A stretch of 64,000 nt of DNA from Raja brachyura. Lineage: Eukaryota. Both the position numbers and the translations under genes were made by a program. Location of the stretch: NCBI GenBank assembly GCA_963514005.1, contig OY740807.1:1550001-1614000 (forward strand), written 5' to 3'. Below, in pieces: positions 1 to 11,335 of the stretch. Each line of letters opens with the position of its first letter. Positions within the stretch are counted from its first letter, which is position 1. Below the pieces are notes generated by a model that saw nothing but the letters and a program-made list of their open reading frames with translations, had not been told where the DNA came from and did not search any database.

Positions 1-1276
1 AAGGTCATGTTTGACAAAACGTCTTGTATTTTTTGAAGAGGTTACTAGGGAAATTGATGAGGGTAAAGCATTAGATGTTGTCTATATGGATTTCAGTAAG
101 ACCTTTGACAAGTTTCCTCATGGAAGGTTGGTTATGCAGGTTCAATCTTGGGCTGTTAATGGCGGAGTAGCAAGATGGATTCAACATTGGCTGAATGGGA
201 GATGCCAGAGAGTAATGGTGGATGGCTGTTTGTCAGGTTGGAAGCCGGTGAACATTGGGGTGCCTCAGGATCTGTGTTGGGTTCACTGTTGTTTGTAATG
301 TACATCAATGATCTGAATAATGGGGTGGAAAATTGGATAAGTAAGTATGCAGATGATACTAAGATAGGTGGTGTTGTGGATAATGAAGTAGATTTTCAAA
401 GTCTACAGAGAGATTTGGGCCATTTGGAAGAGTGGGCTGAAAGATGGCAGATGGAGTTTAATGCTGATAAGTGTGAGGTGCTACATCTTGGCAGGACAAA
501 TCAAAATAGGACGTACATGGTAAATGGTGGGGAATTAAGGAATGCTGTGGAACAGAGGGATCTAGGAATAACTGTGCATAGTTCCCTGAAGGTGGAATCG
601 CATGTAGATAGGGTGGTAAAGAAAGCTTTTAGTGTGCTGGCCTTTAAAAATCAGAGCATTGAATATCGGAGTAGGGAAGTAATGTTAAAATTGTACAAGG
701 CATTGGTGAGACCAATTCTGGAGTATGGTGTACAATTTTGGTCGCCTAATTATAGGAAGGATGTCAACAAAATAGAGAAAGTACAGAGGAGATTTACTAG
801 AATGTTGCCTGGGTTCCAGCAACTAAATTACAGAGAAAGGTTGAACAAGTTAGGTCTTTATTCTTTGGAGTGCAGAAGGTTAAGTGGGGACTTGATTGAG
901 GTCTTTAAAATGATTAAAGGGATAGACAGTTGACGTGGATAAGCTTTTCCCACTGAGGGTAGGGAAGATTCAAACAAGAGGGCATGACATGAGAATAAAG
1001 GGAATGAAGTTTAAAGGTAACATGAGGGGGAACTTCTTTACTAAGAGAGTGGTGGCTGTGTGGAATGATCTTCCAGCAGAAATGGTGGAGGCAGGATCGA
1101 TTTTAACATTTAAAAGTAAAGTGGATAGGTATATGGACGGGAAGGGAATAGAGGGGTATGGTCTGATTGCAGGTAGATGGGACTAGGGGAAAATAAATGT
1201 TCGGCACGGACTGGAAGGGCCGAGATGGCCTGTTTCCGTGCTGTAATTGTTATATGGTTATATGGTTACATGGTTA
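1..1276 (+). mobile_element. CR1-clade LINE (HER1-like), 3' part with frameshifted reverse transcriptase
   Basis: ORFs 11-298, 175-933 and 935-1186 carry the CR1 RT motifs VVYMDFSK, GVPQ, YADDTK and KVQRRFTRMLP. The 3' tail ends in (GGTTATAT)n at about 1249-1276. Confidence 0.92.
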
Positions 1277-1857
1277 CAGGGCAATCTTGGAAGAAAACCT
1301 GTCGGAGTCTGCAAAAGACTTGAAACTGGGGCGGAGGTTCACCTTCCAGCAGGACAACGACCCTAAACATACAGCCAGAGCTACAATGGAATGGTTTAGA
1401 TCAAAGCATATTCATGTGTTCGAATGGCCCAGTCAAAGTCCAGACCTAAATCCAATTGAGAATCTCCGGCTAGACTTGAAAATTGCTGTTCACAGACGCT
1501 CTCCATCCAATAGCTTGAGCTATTTTGCAAAGAAGAATGGGCAAAAATGTCAGTCTCTAGATGTGCAAAGCTGGTAGAGACATACCCCCAAAAGACTTGC
1601 AGCTGTAATTGCAGCGAAAGGTGGCTCTACAAAGTGTTGGCTCAGGGGGGCAGAATACTTTTGCACACCACACTTTCAGTTTTATATTTGTAATAAAATT
1701 TGGAAACCATGTATCATTTTCCTTCCACTTCACAATTATGCACCACTTTGTGTTGGTCTATCACATAAAATCCCAATAAAATACGTTTACGTTTGTGGTT
1801 GTAACGTGACAAAATGTGGAAACGTTCAAGGCGTATGAAAACTTTCGCAAGCCACTG
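1277..1857 (+). mobile_element. Tc1 DNA transposon, 3' half with long terminal inverted repeat
   Basis: FQQDNDPKH and [15 protein letters not shown]34E motifs in ORF 1197-1577. The TIR ends ...gcaagccactg followed by TA at 1858-1859. Confidence 0.92.
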
Positions 1858-1881
1858 TATATCTAAAATCCATTCAATCCA

Positions 1882-2168
1882 GGGGTGGCGTGGCAGTTGA
1901 GCTACTGCCAGAGACCCGGGTTCGATCCTGACTACGGATACTTGTCTGTACGGAATTAGTACGTTCTCCCCACGAGCTGCGTAGGTTTTCCTCTCGATCT
2001 TTTGTTTCCTCCCATAATCCAAAAGCATAGAGATTTGTAGGTTAATTGGCTTGGTATAAATGTAAATTGTCCCCAGTGTGTGTAGGATAGTGTAAGTGTG
2101 CGGAGGTCACTGGTCGGTGCGGACTCGCTGGGCCGAAGGGACGTGTCTCTAAAGAAAACTAACTAAAA
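1882..2168 (+). mobile_element. tRNA-derived V-SINE (HE1-like)
   Basis: B-box ggttcgatcc, V-domain-like core (gttctcccc...tttcctcccataatccaaa), CR1-like tail gggccgaaggg and a (ctaaa)n end. Confidence 0.8.
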
Positions 2169-2189
2169 TATGTATTGTATAAACCAAGC

Positions 2190-3635
2190 AATTCGAGCCA
2201 GCACCGCCATTCAATGGGATCATGGCTGATCATCCATATTCAGTACCCCATTCCTGCCTTCTCCCCATTCTCTCCCCTTCTCCCCATCTCCCCATATCCC
2301 TTGATTCCGTTAAACCTGAGAGCCCTATATAAATCGATTTTCAATGTATCCAGTGAATCGGCCTCCACTGCCTTTTGAGGCAGAGAATTCCACAAATTCG
2401 CAACACTCTGGGTGAAAATGTTTTTCCTCATCTCCGGTGTAAATGACCTACCGCATATTCTTAAACTGTGGCCCCTGGTTCTGGACTCCCCCAACATCGG
2501 GAACATGTTCTCTGCATCTAGCTTGTCCAATCCCTTAATAATTGTATATGTTTTTATAAGATCCTCTCTCATCCTTCTAAACTCCAGTAAATACAAGCCC
2601 AGTCGTCCAATTCTTTCATCATATGACAGTCCCGCCATCCCGGGAATTAACCTCGTGAACCTACGCTGCACTCACTAGGAAGAATGGCATTCCTCAATTT
2701 AGGAGACCAAAACTGCACGCAATACTCCAGGGGTGGTCTCACAGGGGCCCTGTACAACTGCAGGAGGACCTCTTTGCTCCTATACTCAAAACCTCTCGTT
2801 ATGTAGGCCAACATGCCATTAGCGTTCTTCACTGCCTGATGTGCCTGCATGCTTACTTTCAGTGACTGGTGTACAAGGACACCCAGGTCTCGTTGCACTT
2901 CCCCTTATCCTGCAACATTCTGACTACATTCAGATGGTAATCTGCCTTCTTGTTCTTGCCACCTAAGTGTATAAACTCACATTTATCCACATTATACTGC
3001 ATCTGTCCACTCACCCAATCTATCCAAGTCATCCTGCATCCTCATAGCATCCTCTTCACAGTTCACACTGCCACCTAGCTTTGCGATATCTGCACATTTG
3101 CTAATGTTACTTTTAATTCCTTCATCTAACTCATTTATACATATTGCAAATAGCTGCGGTCCCAGCACCGAGCCTTGCGGCACCCCACTAGTCACTGCGT
3201 GTCATTCTGAAAGGGACACGTTAATTCCTACTATTTGTTTCCTGTCTGCCAACCAATTTTCTTTCCATGTCAATACCCTACCCCCAATACCATATGTTCT
3301 AATTGTGCCCACTAATCTCCTGTGTAGGACCCTGCCAAAGGCTTTCCGAAAGTCCAGATACACTACATCCACTGGCTCTCCCTTATCCATATTTCTTGAT
3401 ACATCCTGAAAAAATTATAGAAAATTACACAAGCATGATTTCCCCTTCATAAATCCATGGTGACTTGGACCGATCCTGTTACTGCTACCCAAATGCGCCG
3501 CTATTACCACTTTATTAATTGACTCCAGCATCTTCCCCACCACTGATGCCAGGCTAACTGCTCTATAATGTCCTGTTTTCTCTCTCCCTCCTTTCTTAAA
3601 AAGTGGGATAACAGTAGCTTTCTTCCAATCCACAG
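2190..3635 (-). mobile_element. Decayed CR1 LINE ORF2 fragment
   Basis: Broken ORFs 2240-3633 with [17 protein letters not shown] and QRRFTRLIPGM. Confidence 0.9.
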
Positions 3636-3965
3636 GTGCAGAGACCTTGGTATATCTTCATGTTACACACCCGTGGGCTGGAATTAAGGAGATTCATTAT
3701 CAGAATAAATTTAAGGCATTGGGCCCATCGAGTCTAATCCGCCATTTAATCCAGTCTGATGTCTGTCTACTAATCCCATTTCCTGCCTTTTCCCCATAAC
3801 CATTGACACCCATTGTAATCAAAATGTGTCAACCTCTGCCTTAAAAATGCCCACTGGACATGGACTCCACAGCCCTCGGTGGCAAGGAGTTCCACAAATG
3901 ACGAAATAAGTTCCTCCTCACTAAAAGAGCGTGGGAGCACCGCACCCATTGTCCTCAGCCCACGG

Positions 3966-4260
3966 ACTCACGGTGTAGCAGCGGCAGAGTTCCTGCCGGA
4001 GACCCGGGATCGATCCCGACTACGGGTTCTGGCTGTACGGAGTTTGTATGTTCTCCCCGTGACCTGCATTGGTTTTCTCCGAGAGCTTCGGTATCCCCCC
4101 ACACTCCAAAGACGTACATGTTTGTAGGTTAATTGGCTTGGTAAATGTAAAAATTGTCCCTAGTGGGTGTAGGATAGTGGGGGTTGCTGGTTGGCGCGGA
4201 CCCAATGGGCCGAAGGGCTTGTTTCTGTGCTTTATCTCTAAACTGAACTAATCTAAACTG
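3966..4260 (+). mobile_element. V-SINE (HE1-like)
   Basis: Box A/B-like head, V-domain (ttctccccgtgacc...ccacactccaaagacgtac) and a tail gggccgaagggc...(ctaaa)n. Confidence 0.8.
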
Positions 4261-4289
4261 ATCAAGATATATCATAGATATATAGATTT

Positions 4290-4794
4290 CCTAGAATGTT
4301 GCCTGGGTTCCAGAGATTTACTAGAATGTTGCCTGGGTTCCAGCAACTAAGTTACAGAGAAAGGTTGAACAAGTTAGGTCTTTATTCTTTGGAGTGCAGA
4401 AGGTTAAGGGGGGACTTGATTGAGGTCTTTAAAATGATGAAAGGGATAGACAGAGTTGACGTGGATAAGCTTTTCCCATTGAGGGTAGGAAAGATTCAAA
4501 CAAGAGGGCATGACATGAGAATTAAGGGACATAAGTTTAGGGGTAACATGAGGGGGAACTTCTTTACTCAGAGAGTGGTGGCTGTGTGGAATGATCCTCC
4601 TGCAGAAGTGGTGGAGGCAGGATCGATTTTAACATTTAAAAGTAAAGTGGATAGGAATATGGACGTGAAGGGAATGGAGGGGTATGGTCTGAGTGCAGGT
4701 AGATGGGACTAGGGGAAAATAAATGGTCGGCACGGACTGGGAGGGCCGAGAAGGCCTGTTTCCGTGCTGTAATTGTTATATGGTTATATGGTTA
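4290..4794 (+). mobile_element. 5'-truncated CR1 insertion specific to the left arm
   Basis: ORF 4296-4712 (CR1 ORF2 C-terminus) with a (GGTTATAT)n tail. The empty site is at about 41615-41625 in the right arm. Confidence 0.88.
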
Positions 4795-5525
4795 TCATTA
4801 AAACGGGTGTATTACGACATCTCTAGTGCGGGTTGTTCTGAGAGCCAGTCGTCTATTCTGAGAAGAGCCGTTACACTTGGACAACTGTGTTTCGGTTTTC
4901 ACCGTGACTCCGTGAATCACCAACACCCTTCACCCCTTCATCATCTCTATACCGATGGATGAATAGTGCGATCATCATGAGTGAAGTTTCCTGCAGTTAA
5001 TTATGGAGCAACGCACCCATTGTCTTAACCTCTGCACCTCCCTGAGTTTTCTTAACCTCTGCACCTCCCTGTGTTCCAGTAACATACTCTTTGAGACCAC
5101 ATTTCGACCGGAGCGTTTGGTAATCTGTTCGGGCGCCTTCCCGTGTGTCCTGGCACCCGCATTTCCGAATAACAACAAAGCAGCTTGGGTCGTCTTGATT
5201 GATTAAATAGTCTCTCTTAACCTATTGCAGTTTAGGGTATGTCCTGTACACTCTGTGTTCTCTCGTGCCTCGGTGTCGGAGTTGTCAAATATGCATAGGA
5301 ATAGTAAGATTGAACGAGAACTTACCAGTTCGAAGGTTGATCTTTATTTTATGAGGAGTCGAAGTGAGGGATTTTGTGAAGAGCCCGCCGGCGCGCATGC
5401 TCGACATACTTCAAAGTAGCGGCGTGGAATCACAGAACCAACAATAGAAATGACTTCGCATAGTATGATTGAATTGACTAAGATTACCAGATGAAGGTGA
5501 TTGAGGGTTGGGCGAGGAGGGCACG

Positions 5526-5634
5526 AAATCCCTCACTTCGACTCCTCATAAAATAAAGATCAACCTTCGAACTGGTAAGTTCTCGTTCAATCGTACTATT
5601 TCATTTCGGAGTCACGCGAGTGACTTCGTGAAGA
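5526..5634. repeat. DIRS internal complementary region (ICR)
   Basis: Complementary to the element's 3' end (5300-5374) fused to its 5' end (10584-10619) across ATT at 5598-5600, i.e. a copy of the circle junction. Confidence 0.93.
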
Positions 5635-5775
5635 CTTCAAAGCTTCTGTGATTACACGCCCTGGACCACGTCCATGCTGACACACCACTACCAGGGATGG
5701 ATGGGAGGACAAACTGGCTCAATAGTTCATACTGCAAAACAAGAGCATATTTATTAATAACAAATCAAAAACCCC

Positions 5776-6756
5776 TCATGCGGGGACATCTCCACGTTCT
5801 TGACCTGCATTCAGCACGGCTTCTGCGAACTGTAGAGGAGCAGCAACAGGCTTGTTATAAAAACGCTGGAACACACCTTCATTCGCCCATCCTGCTGTGG
5901 CGAGAATTTGGTCCATGGGCACCTCCATGACCCTCGCCGCTGACGTCGATGCAGCCCTGGTGGAATGAGACTTGAACACATTAGTGTCGATACCTGACTT
6001 ACCCAAGACGACTCGAAGCCACCTGGATATCGTCTGGACTGTCACTCGATGATGAGGTCTCTTATGAGTGACAAGCAGGTATCTCTCCATTCCTCTGATG
6101 CGTGCCGTCACCTTGACATAGTGGCGGATATGTGAGGCTAAACATAGCCTAGCATCTGCGGGGTATGCCGGGAACTTCAGCTGCAGCCCTGTGCACCCAG
6201 GTCTATGCTGCTTTAGTAGCTCGTCAATGAAAAAGACTACTTCTGTAGGGGTAGATGTCATTCTGTCGACACGAAGTTTGTGTAGTGTCTGTACCCTCTG
6301 AGCTGAAGTCAGCGCTAGTAACATCACCAGCTTCATGGTGAGTTGGTCCAGTTGGAGCCCTTCCATGGGAGACCACGTCCTCAGCAGGGTTAATACGTCC
6401 CTGACATCCCAGGTGATATTATAGCGTGGTGTAGGCGGATTCATATTGAATATACCCCGCATGAGTCTGGACACTAGCCTGTTGGATCCTACCCCAATCT
6501 TGAGGTAGAATGATAGCGCACTTCTGGCGCTGTTGATGGCACTGTAACTTAAGTGTTCATCATGGTGCAACCCCGCGAGGAATTCCAGGACGTTGGTTAT
6601 TGTCACGTCATCATACGTGATGCGAGAGCGACTGCAGTAGGCTTCCCACTTCTTAATATGCGAGCGGTATCTTCGCCTTGTGGACTCTCGACACGACGCC
6701 CCGATGGTATCCATGGTCCAAACCGAGAGGCCGTATTGGACTAACGGCCTGTTCAA
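5776..6756 (-). CDS. DIRS tyrosine recombinase (phage-integrase family)
   Basis: 326-aa open ORF with an N-terminal SAM-like region (YSAINSARSALS) and catalytic R (AQRVQ), HSTR, GW and FY. The start codon is uncertain. Confidence 0.9.
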   Translation of the reverse strand: MNRPLVQYGLSVWTMDTIGASCRESTRRRYRSHIKKWEAYCSRSRITYDDVTITNVLEFLAGLHHDEHLSYSAINSARSALSFYLKIGVGSNRLVSRLMRGIFNMNPPTPRYNITWDVRDVLTLLRTWSPMEGLQLDQLTMKLVMLLALTSAQRVQTLHKLRVDRMTSTPTEVVFFIDELLKQHRPGCTGLQLKFPAYPADARLCLASHIRHYVKVTARIRGMERYLLVTHKRPHHRVTVQTISRWLRVVLGKSGIDTNVFKSHSTRAASTSAARVMEVPMDQILATAGWANEGVFQRFYNKPVAAPLQFAEAVLNAGQERGDVPA

Positions 6757-8761
6757 ACCTGCAAGCCAACAACTTTAAATAGCCATGGCAGGGATGTGGC
6801 TCCCCTGACACAGGGTGAGTAACCAATTGTGGGCAACCCCTCAAAAGGACCCAAGGTTCGTTGAGCATGTCAAAGACCACCGGATACCAAGGCTGTGTGG
6901 GCCAGTCGGGTATAATAAGGATGCCCTTGGCAGCATCTGCCTGAATCTTTCACAATAACCGACTGATGAGGCAAAACGGAGGGAAGGCATAGAAAAATCA
7001 ATTCCCCCAGTCCAGCGAGAATGCATCTAGCGCTATTGCCCCAGGATCTGGTTCCCATGAAACGTAGGCTGGTACCTGATAGTTTAACCGTGACGCAAAA
7101 AGGTCAATGTCCGGTTTACCAAATTTGGCTGTGACTTTAGAAAAAATCTCAGGATGCAACATCCATTCAATGTTGTCATTAAATTTGCGTGACCTGGTGT
7201 CCGCCACAGTATTAAGCTCACCTGGCAAATAGGTAGCTGAAATCCAAATGTCTCTTTGAACACACCAGAGCCAAATTGAGTTAGCCAATTTGTCACACGA
7301 AACTGACCTGGTACCACCCATATGGTTTAAATATGCCACAGCTGTGGTGTTGTCTATTTGGAGACGGACGTGTGCTCCAACAAGCTTGGAACAATATGCA
7401 CGAAGTCCGTGGAATGCTGCCAGCAACTCCAAATAGTTAATCCCTTGAGTCAACAACATCGATGCCTCAAGGGTGTCCCATCTGCCCCCACAACTAGAGC
7501 AATTATCAGTAGCTCCCCAGCCATTGGAGCTTGCATCAGTCTGCAAATATACCACCGGATTAGCCTCCCTAACAGGCTTAAATGAGTTGCTAATGTGACA
7601 CACCCACCATTGCAACTCAGTTATCGCTTCGGACGGCAGCTGCATTGATCGATCGTAATGACCAGCGTTCCGTTTTAACGCAATAATTTTAGCTCTTTGC
7701 AAATTCTGATAATGCAAAGGTCCATATCGTGCTGCCGGAAACAAAGCCACTAGCTTGCCAATTACTGTGGCTGTATGCCGAATCGATGGTATATTGGTGC
7801 CAATTAAATCTCTGCACACCTGAGTGACTTCCTCAATTTTGTTAATTGGTATAGTTATCCTCATGCTCATTGAGTTCACCGTGAACCCTAGGTAATTAAT
7901 TACCTGGGCAGGGCAGAACTTCTATTTCTCTGGATGGACAATGAATCCTAATTGTTGAAATATATTGACAGCAGCTGCAACACCCTGTTCAGCCAATTGC
8001 AGGGTGTGGCCCACAATAAAGACATCATCTAAATAGGCCATAACTATATGATGTCGTTGTCTCAAATAAGCCATGATTGGCTTCACCAATTTAGTGAACA
8101 ATCTAGGGGCTGTAGTGAGCCCATTAGGTAAAGCCTTATACTGCCAAAGTTGCCCCATCCAGATAAATTTCAAAAACCTTCTATCATATTTCTGGATGGA
8201 TACTGAATAATATGCATCCCTTAAATCAATGCATGCCATAAAGCAGCCATGAGAAATCAATGATTTGGCTGTTTCAAACGTATCCATTTTAAAATGAGTA
8301 TATGTTACAAACGTATTCAAACGGGTTAGATCAATAATGACACGACAGCCTCCATCCTTCTTAGGTCTAGTAAATATGTTCGAAACAAATTCAATTGGCT
8401 CATGCACCGTTTTCTCAATCACACCCTTCTGTTCCAGACTTAAAATTTCCTTATAACCTGCTGCCTGTTCTGCAGCAGACAATTTGAACGTACGACCAGG
8501 CATGTGCTGGGATGGAGGAATGTCGCCATTAATAAACTCAATTTTATGCCCCTGGATATTCCGCAACACATACTCATCACCAGTAAAATTACCCCATGCA
8601 TCCAAAAACAACCGTAAACGACCACCAACATGTGAAGTTAAACAGAGAGAAAAAAGAGAACCAGACCCCCTCACCTCCGTGGTTACCGGCGGTCCTTGAC
8701 ACGTGTGGGTGGCCGTGGAGGTGCTGGGTTGGCTTGAGGGCGCGGCGTCTTCGATTTCCAC
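6653..8761 (-). pseudogene. DIRS pol: reverse transcriptase, RNase H and DNA adenine-methyltransferase-like domain, interrupted by two in-frame stops
   Basis: Track ORFs 7922-8761, 6998-7879 and 6653-6880 share one frame. Motifs IDLRDAY, LPNGL, YLDD, TDAS, INYLEL, IDNTTAV, DLFAS and FYAFPPF. Stops are TAG at 7922-7924 and TGA at 6998-7000. Confidence 0.9.
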
Positions 8762-10440
8762 AAAGGTCTCTGCCGACCCTGTCCTAAAAAAGACCCTTGG
8801 TGCTGGTTCTGGTGCTGTTGTCGTTGTGGAGCTAGAGGGTGAGTCCTCGTCGAGGCACTGGCCGACCCTCGTGAGCGAATGTATGGAGCTTTTGAGCCGG
8901 ACGGTGTGGGGGCACTCTTAGAGCGCATGATCCCCACCGTTTTGGCTTGTTCGTCAAGCTCTTTGACTCTCTTCGAGAGGTCCTCACCAAAGAGCTGACG
9001 GGGCGGCGGCGGCGGCGGTGGTTTGCACAATCCTGCAAACTTCGGGTTGAGTGCTGGGCGGATGCTGTTTTTGCGAAACCCGTTGATTTCGTGCTGGGTC
9101 GCGCACAATAAGGCCAGAGCATCTTCCTGGTCCAAATTCAGTTCGTCCCCGTCCACCGACCGCGCAAAGGCGGTAATACCGGCCGTGAGGAGTTTCAGGA
9201 TCCACTGCAATTTTAGCTCTTGTTGACGGATAGCCGCACTGATGTTGCCCCATATTGGCGTATTGACCACAGGCACATTGAGGGAGTTGCAGTTTGATGG
9301 AGCCTTGTGACGGCTCATAGCCTGGATGAGGACTTCTTCCTGCAGCACCTGATTATTAAGAAAGTCCACTGTGGCTGCCAGCTTTGTATTTAGAGGAAGA
9401 CCAGCCGTATGTGGGGCCGCGAATTTGGTCGCCACATCCAAGAGTTCCTCCGCTGGCACCTCCAACGGAGGTGGTACGGGATCCACCAGAACCTCCTCCT
9501 CCTGCTGCTCCAGGCTGATAGTAGATGTTGGTGAAGACGCCCTGTGCCTGTTGCTGCCCTGCTGTTGTTGACGTTGAAGCAGGAGCTCCAGCAGCCGCTC
9601 CATACGGTCAATACGCCCTTCACCCTGAACACTCAGGTGGTCGGAGTCCTCCGGCTCTGAAAAGAAAACCGGGCTCCTGTCATCGGCCCGCAACTCGTCG
9701 AGGCCCTGCCGGTGCCGGCAGTTGTCGCTAACAGCCGCCGAGGCGAAACTGCGCGATTCCTGCGCGGGCGTGTTCAAGCGCCTCCGTTTAGCGAGAGCTG
9801 AAGCCGCTGCCACTATGGGCACTCGCGGCGAGGTGTCGGCACCAGCCGAAGCATGGCTGCCTGGGGCCCGCGCAGTCTTGCCGGCTGCCCACATCGTGGA
9901 CGTTGCCGACGCATGGTCTCGCCCACCCATCCATGGGGGGCTCGGCGACCGTGACGAGACCCGACTCGACCGACCCGTCCCGGCGTCGAGAGTCGGGGTG
10001 TGCCGGCTGGACCTCACAGCCGCCCCGGGTCTCGCCCTGGAACCTGACCGCTCCTCCGCGACAGGCAATGCCTTAGCCCTAACAGGGTTAGGCTTCTGGG
10101 CTCCTGCCCTCCCCCTTCTCGGAGGGCTGAGTGGAACAGGCCGTGCAACGGCACGTGCCCTGCTCGAGGTCGCCAGCGAGCCCGCTGACGACCTGACTGC
10201 CATGGCAGGGTCCCCCTGCTCTGGCGGCACACCACACTCCTCCTCATCGAACTCCTCCGAGCTGTGGTGTGCTGGCAGATCTGGACCTGTGAACACAGGG
10301 CTTACCCACATCTCCGCCTGAGTCCCGGCCTGCGCTGCAGGTACTGCCGATGGTAAAGGCCCCGGAACTGTTGACCGGCGAACTCGTCCTGACGTCCTCT
10401 GGCCCTTCGAACTCCCATCCATGTCCTTGCTGCAAGACAT
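8683..10440 (-). CDS. DIRS ORF1 (Gag-like)
   Basis: Long open frame, first ATG at 10440 (track start 10482 is GTG). Low-complexity N-terminus and a DIRS-type C-terminal region (RKNSIRPALNPKFAGLC...LFGEDL) overlapping the start of pol. Confidence 0.8.
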   Translation of the reverse strand: MSCSKDMDGSSKGQRTSGRVRRSTVPGPLPSAVPAAQAGTQAEMWVSPVFTGPDLPAHHSSEEFDEEECGVPPEQGDPAMAVRSSAGSLATSSRARAVARPVPLSPPRRGRAGAQKPNPVRAKALPVAEERSGSRARPGAAVRSSRHTPTLDAGTGRSSRVSSRSPSPPWMGGRDHASATSTMWAAGKTARAPGSHASAGADTSPRVPIVAAASALAKRRRLNTPAQESRSFASAAVSDNCRHRQGLDELRADDRSPVFFSEPEDSDHLSVQGEGRIDRMERLLELLLQRQQQQGSNRHRASSPTSTISLEQQEEEVLVDPVPPPLEVPAEELLDVATKFAAPHTAGLPLNTKLAATVDFLNNQVLQEEVLIQAMSRHKAPSNCNSLNVPVVNTPIWGNISAAIRQQELKLQWILKLLTAGITAFARSVDGDELNLDQEDALALLCATQHEINGFRKNSIRPALNPKFAGLCKPPPPPPPRQLFGEDLSKRVKELDEQAKTVGIMRSKSAPTPSGSKAPYIRSRGSASASTRTHPLAPQRQQHQNQHQGSFLGQGRQRPLWKSKTPRPQANPAPPRPPTRVKDRR

Positions 10441-10629
10441 AATCAGACAACAAGGACCACCAACTAAAGGTGGAATACTCACCGACGTAGCCCCTTATGA
10501 AGGGCTGGCGAGGAGCGCGCTCCACCGCCAGCCGTCGAAGCAACGCGTTACGACGATATGTCGAGCATGCGCGCCGGCGGGCTCTTCACGAAGTCACTCA
10601 CGTGACTCCGAAATGAAATGTATAAGGCA

Positions 10630-11335
10630 TGATTAGTCACATTGCAGATGCCACAAAATAGCTGGTAATGCTGACATTGAGGGGGTTATCAGGGGTTTAA
10701 ACAGGATCTTGATCAGCTTGTCAAATGCTCTGAAGAACTTCAAATGGAGTGCAATGTAGATAACTGCAATGCGTTGCATTTTGGGAAGACCATCTAGGGC
10801 AGGAGGTTCACAATGAAGGCCCGGGGGTTGGGGGGGGGGGGGGGGGGGGTTGCAGAGCACAATTCCTTAAAATTGGTGTAACCGGTAAATAGGAAGTGTT
10901 GTTGAGCAGAGGGAGTACAGGTACATGGTTCCATAACAGTGTTGTCACAAGTAGACTGGGTGGTCAAGGAAGCTTTCGGAACATTGTCCTGCATCAGTCA
11001 AGTATAGAAGTTAGTATCTGACATTTGCAAGACACGTTGATGAGACCACAATAGGTGAGTCGTGTCCAGACTTGGTCACTCTAATGTTGGAAACATGTTA
11101 ATTAAGCTGGAAAAAGTGCATCGAGACTCACAAGGGTGTTGCAAGAACTGGAGTGCCCGAGTTACAGGGAGAGGTTGAGCAGGTTAGGGCCAAATTCCTT
11201 GGAACACAAAAGGCTGAGGGGTGACCCTATAGAGAGTTATATAATCATGAGGCGGATAGATAGTGTGAATGCAGAGTCTTTATTCCGGGGTAGGAAAATG
11301 AAGTATTAGAGAGCATGGGTTTTTGAGAAGGATTA
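10630..11335 (+). mobile_element. Old, degenerate CR1 fragment (mirror at about 40030-40735)
   Basis: Residual similarity to the CR1 RT C-terminal region (ttacagggagaggttgagcaggttaggg...ggctgaggggtgacc). Confidence 0.6.

Larger units (their letters stand above)
5300..10619 (-). mobile_element. Full-length DIRS1-type tyrosine-recombinase retrotransposon
   Basis: Order gag, RT/RNaseH/methyltransferase, YR. 33-bp ITR core at 5376-5408 and 10557-10589, internal complementary region at 5526-5634. Absent from the mirrored arm (empty site about 40735-40745). Confidence 0.96.

Noticed and set aside
1882-1935. tRNA-like box A/B sequences
   Set aside because: Heads of V-SINEs; no complete cloverleaf.
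9722-10321. 199-aa antisense ORF in DIRS gag, and similar antisense ORFs in Tx1 ORF1
   Set aside because: GC-rich shadow frames of real ORFs.
5300-10619. Phage or bacterial contamination suggested by the integrase and methyltransferase motifs
   Set aside because: These are the normal DIRS1 domains, and the element is seamlessly integrated in vertebrate repeat DNA.
10830-10849. Poly-G/C tracts (also about 11955, 15789, 58382, 59021) as G-quadruplex elements
   Set aside because: Simple homopolymers that differ between arms and are error-prone in assemblies.
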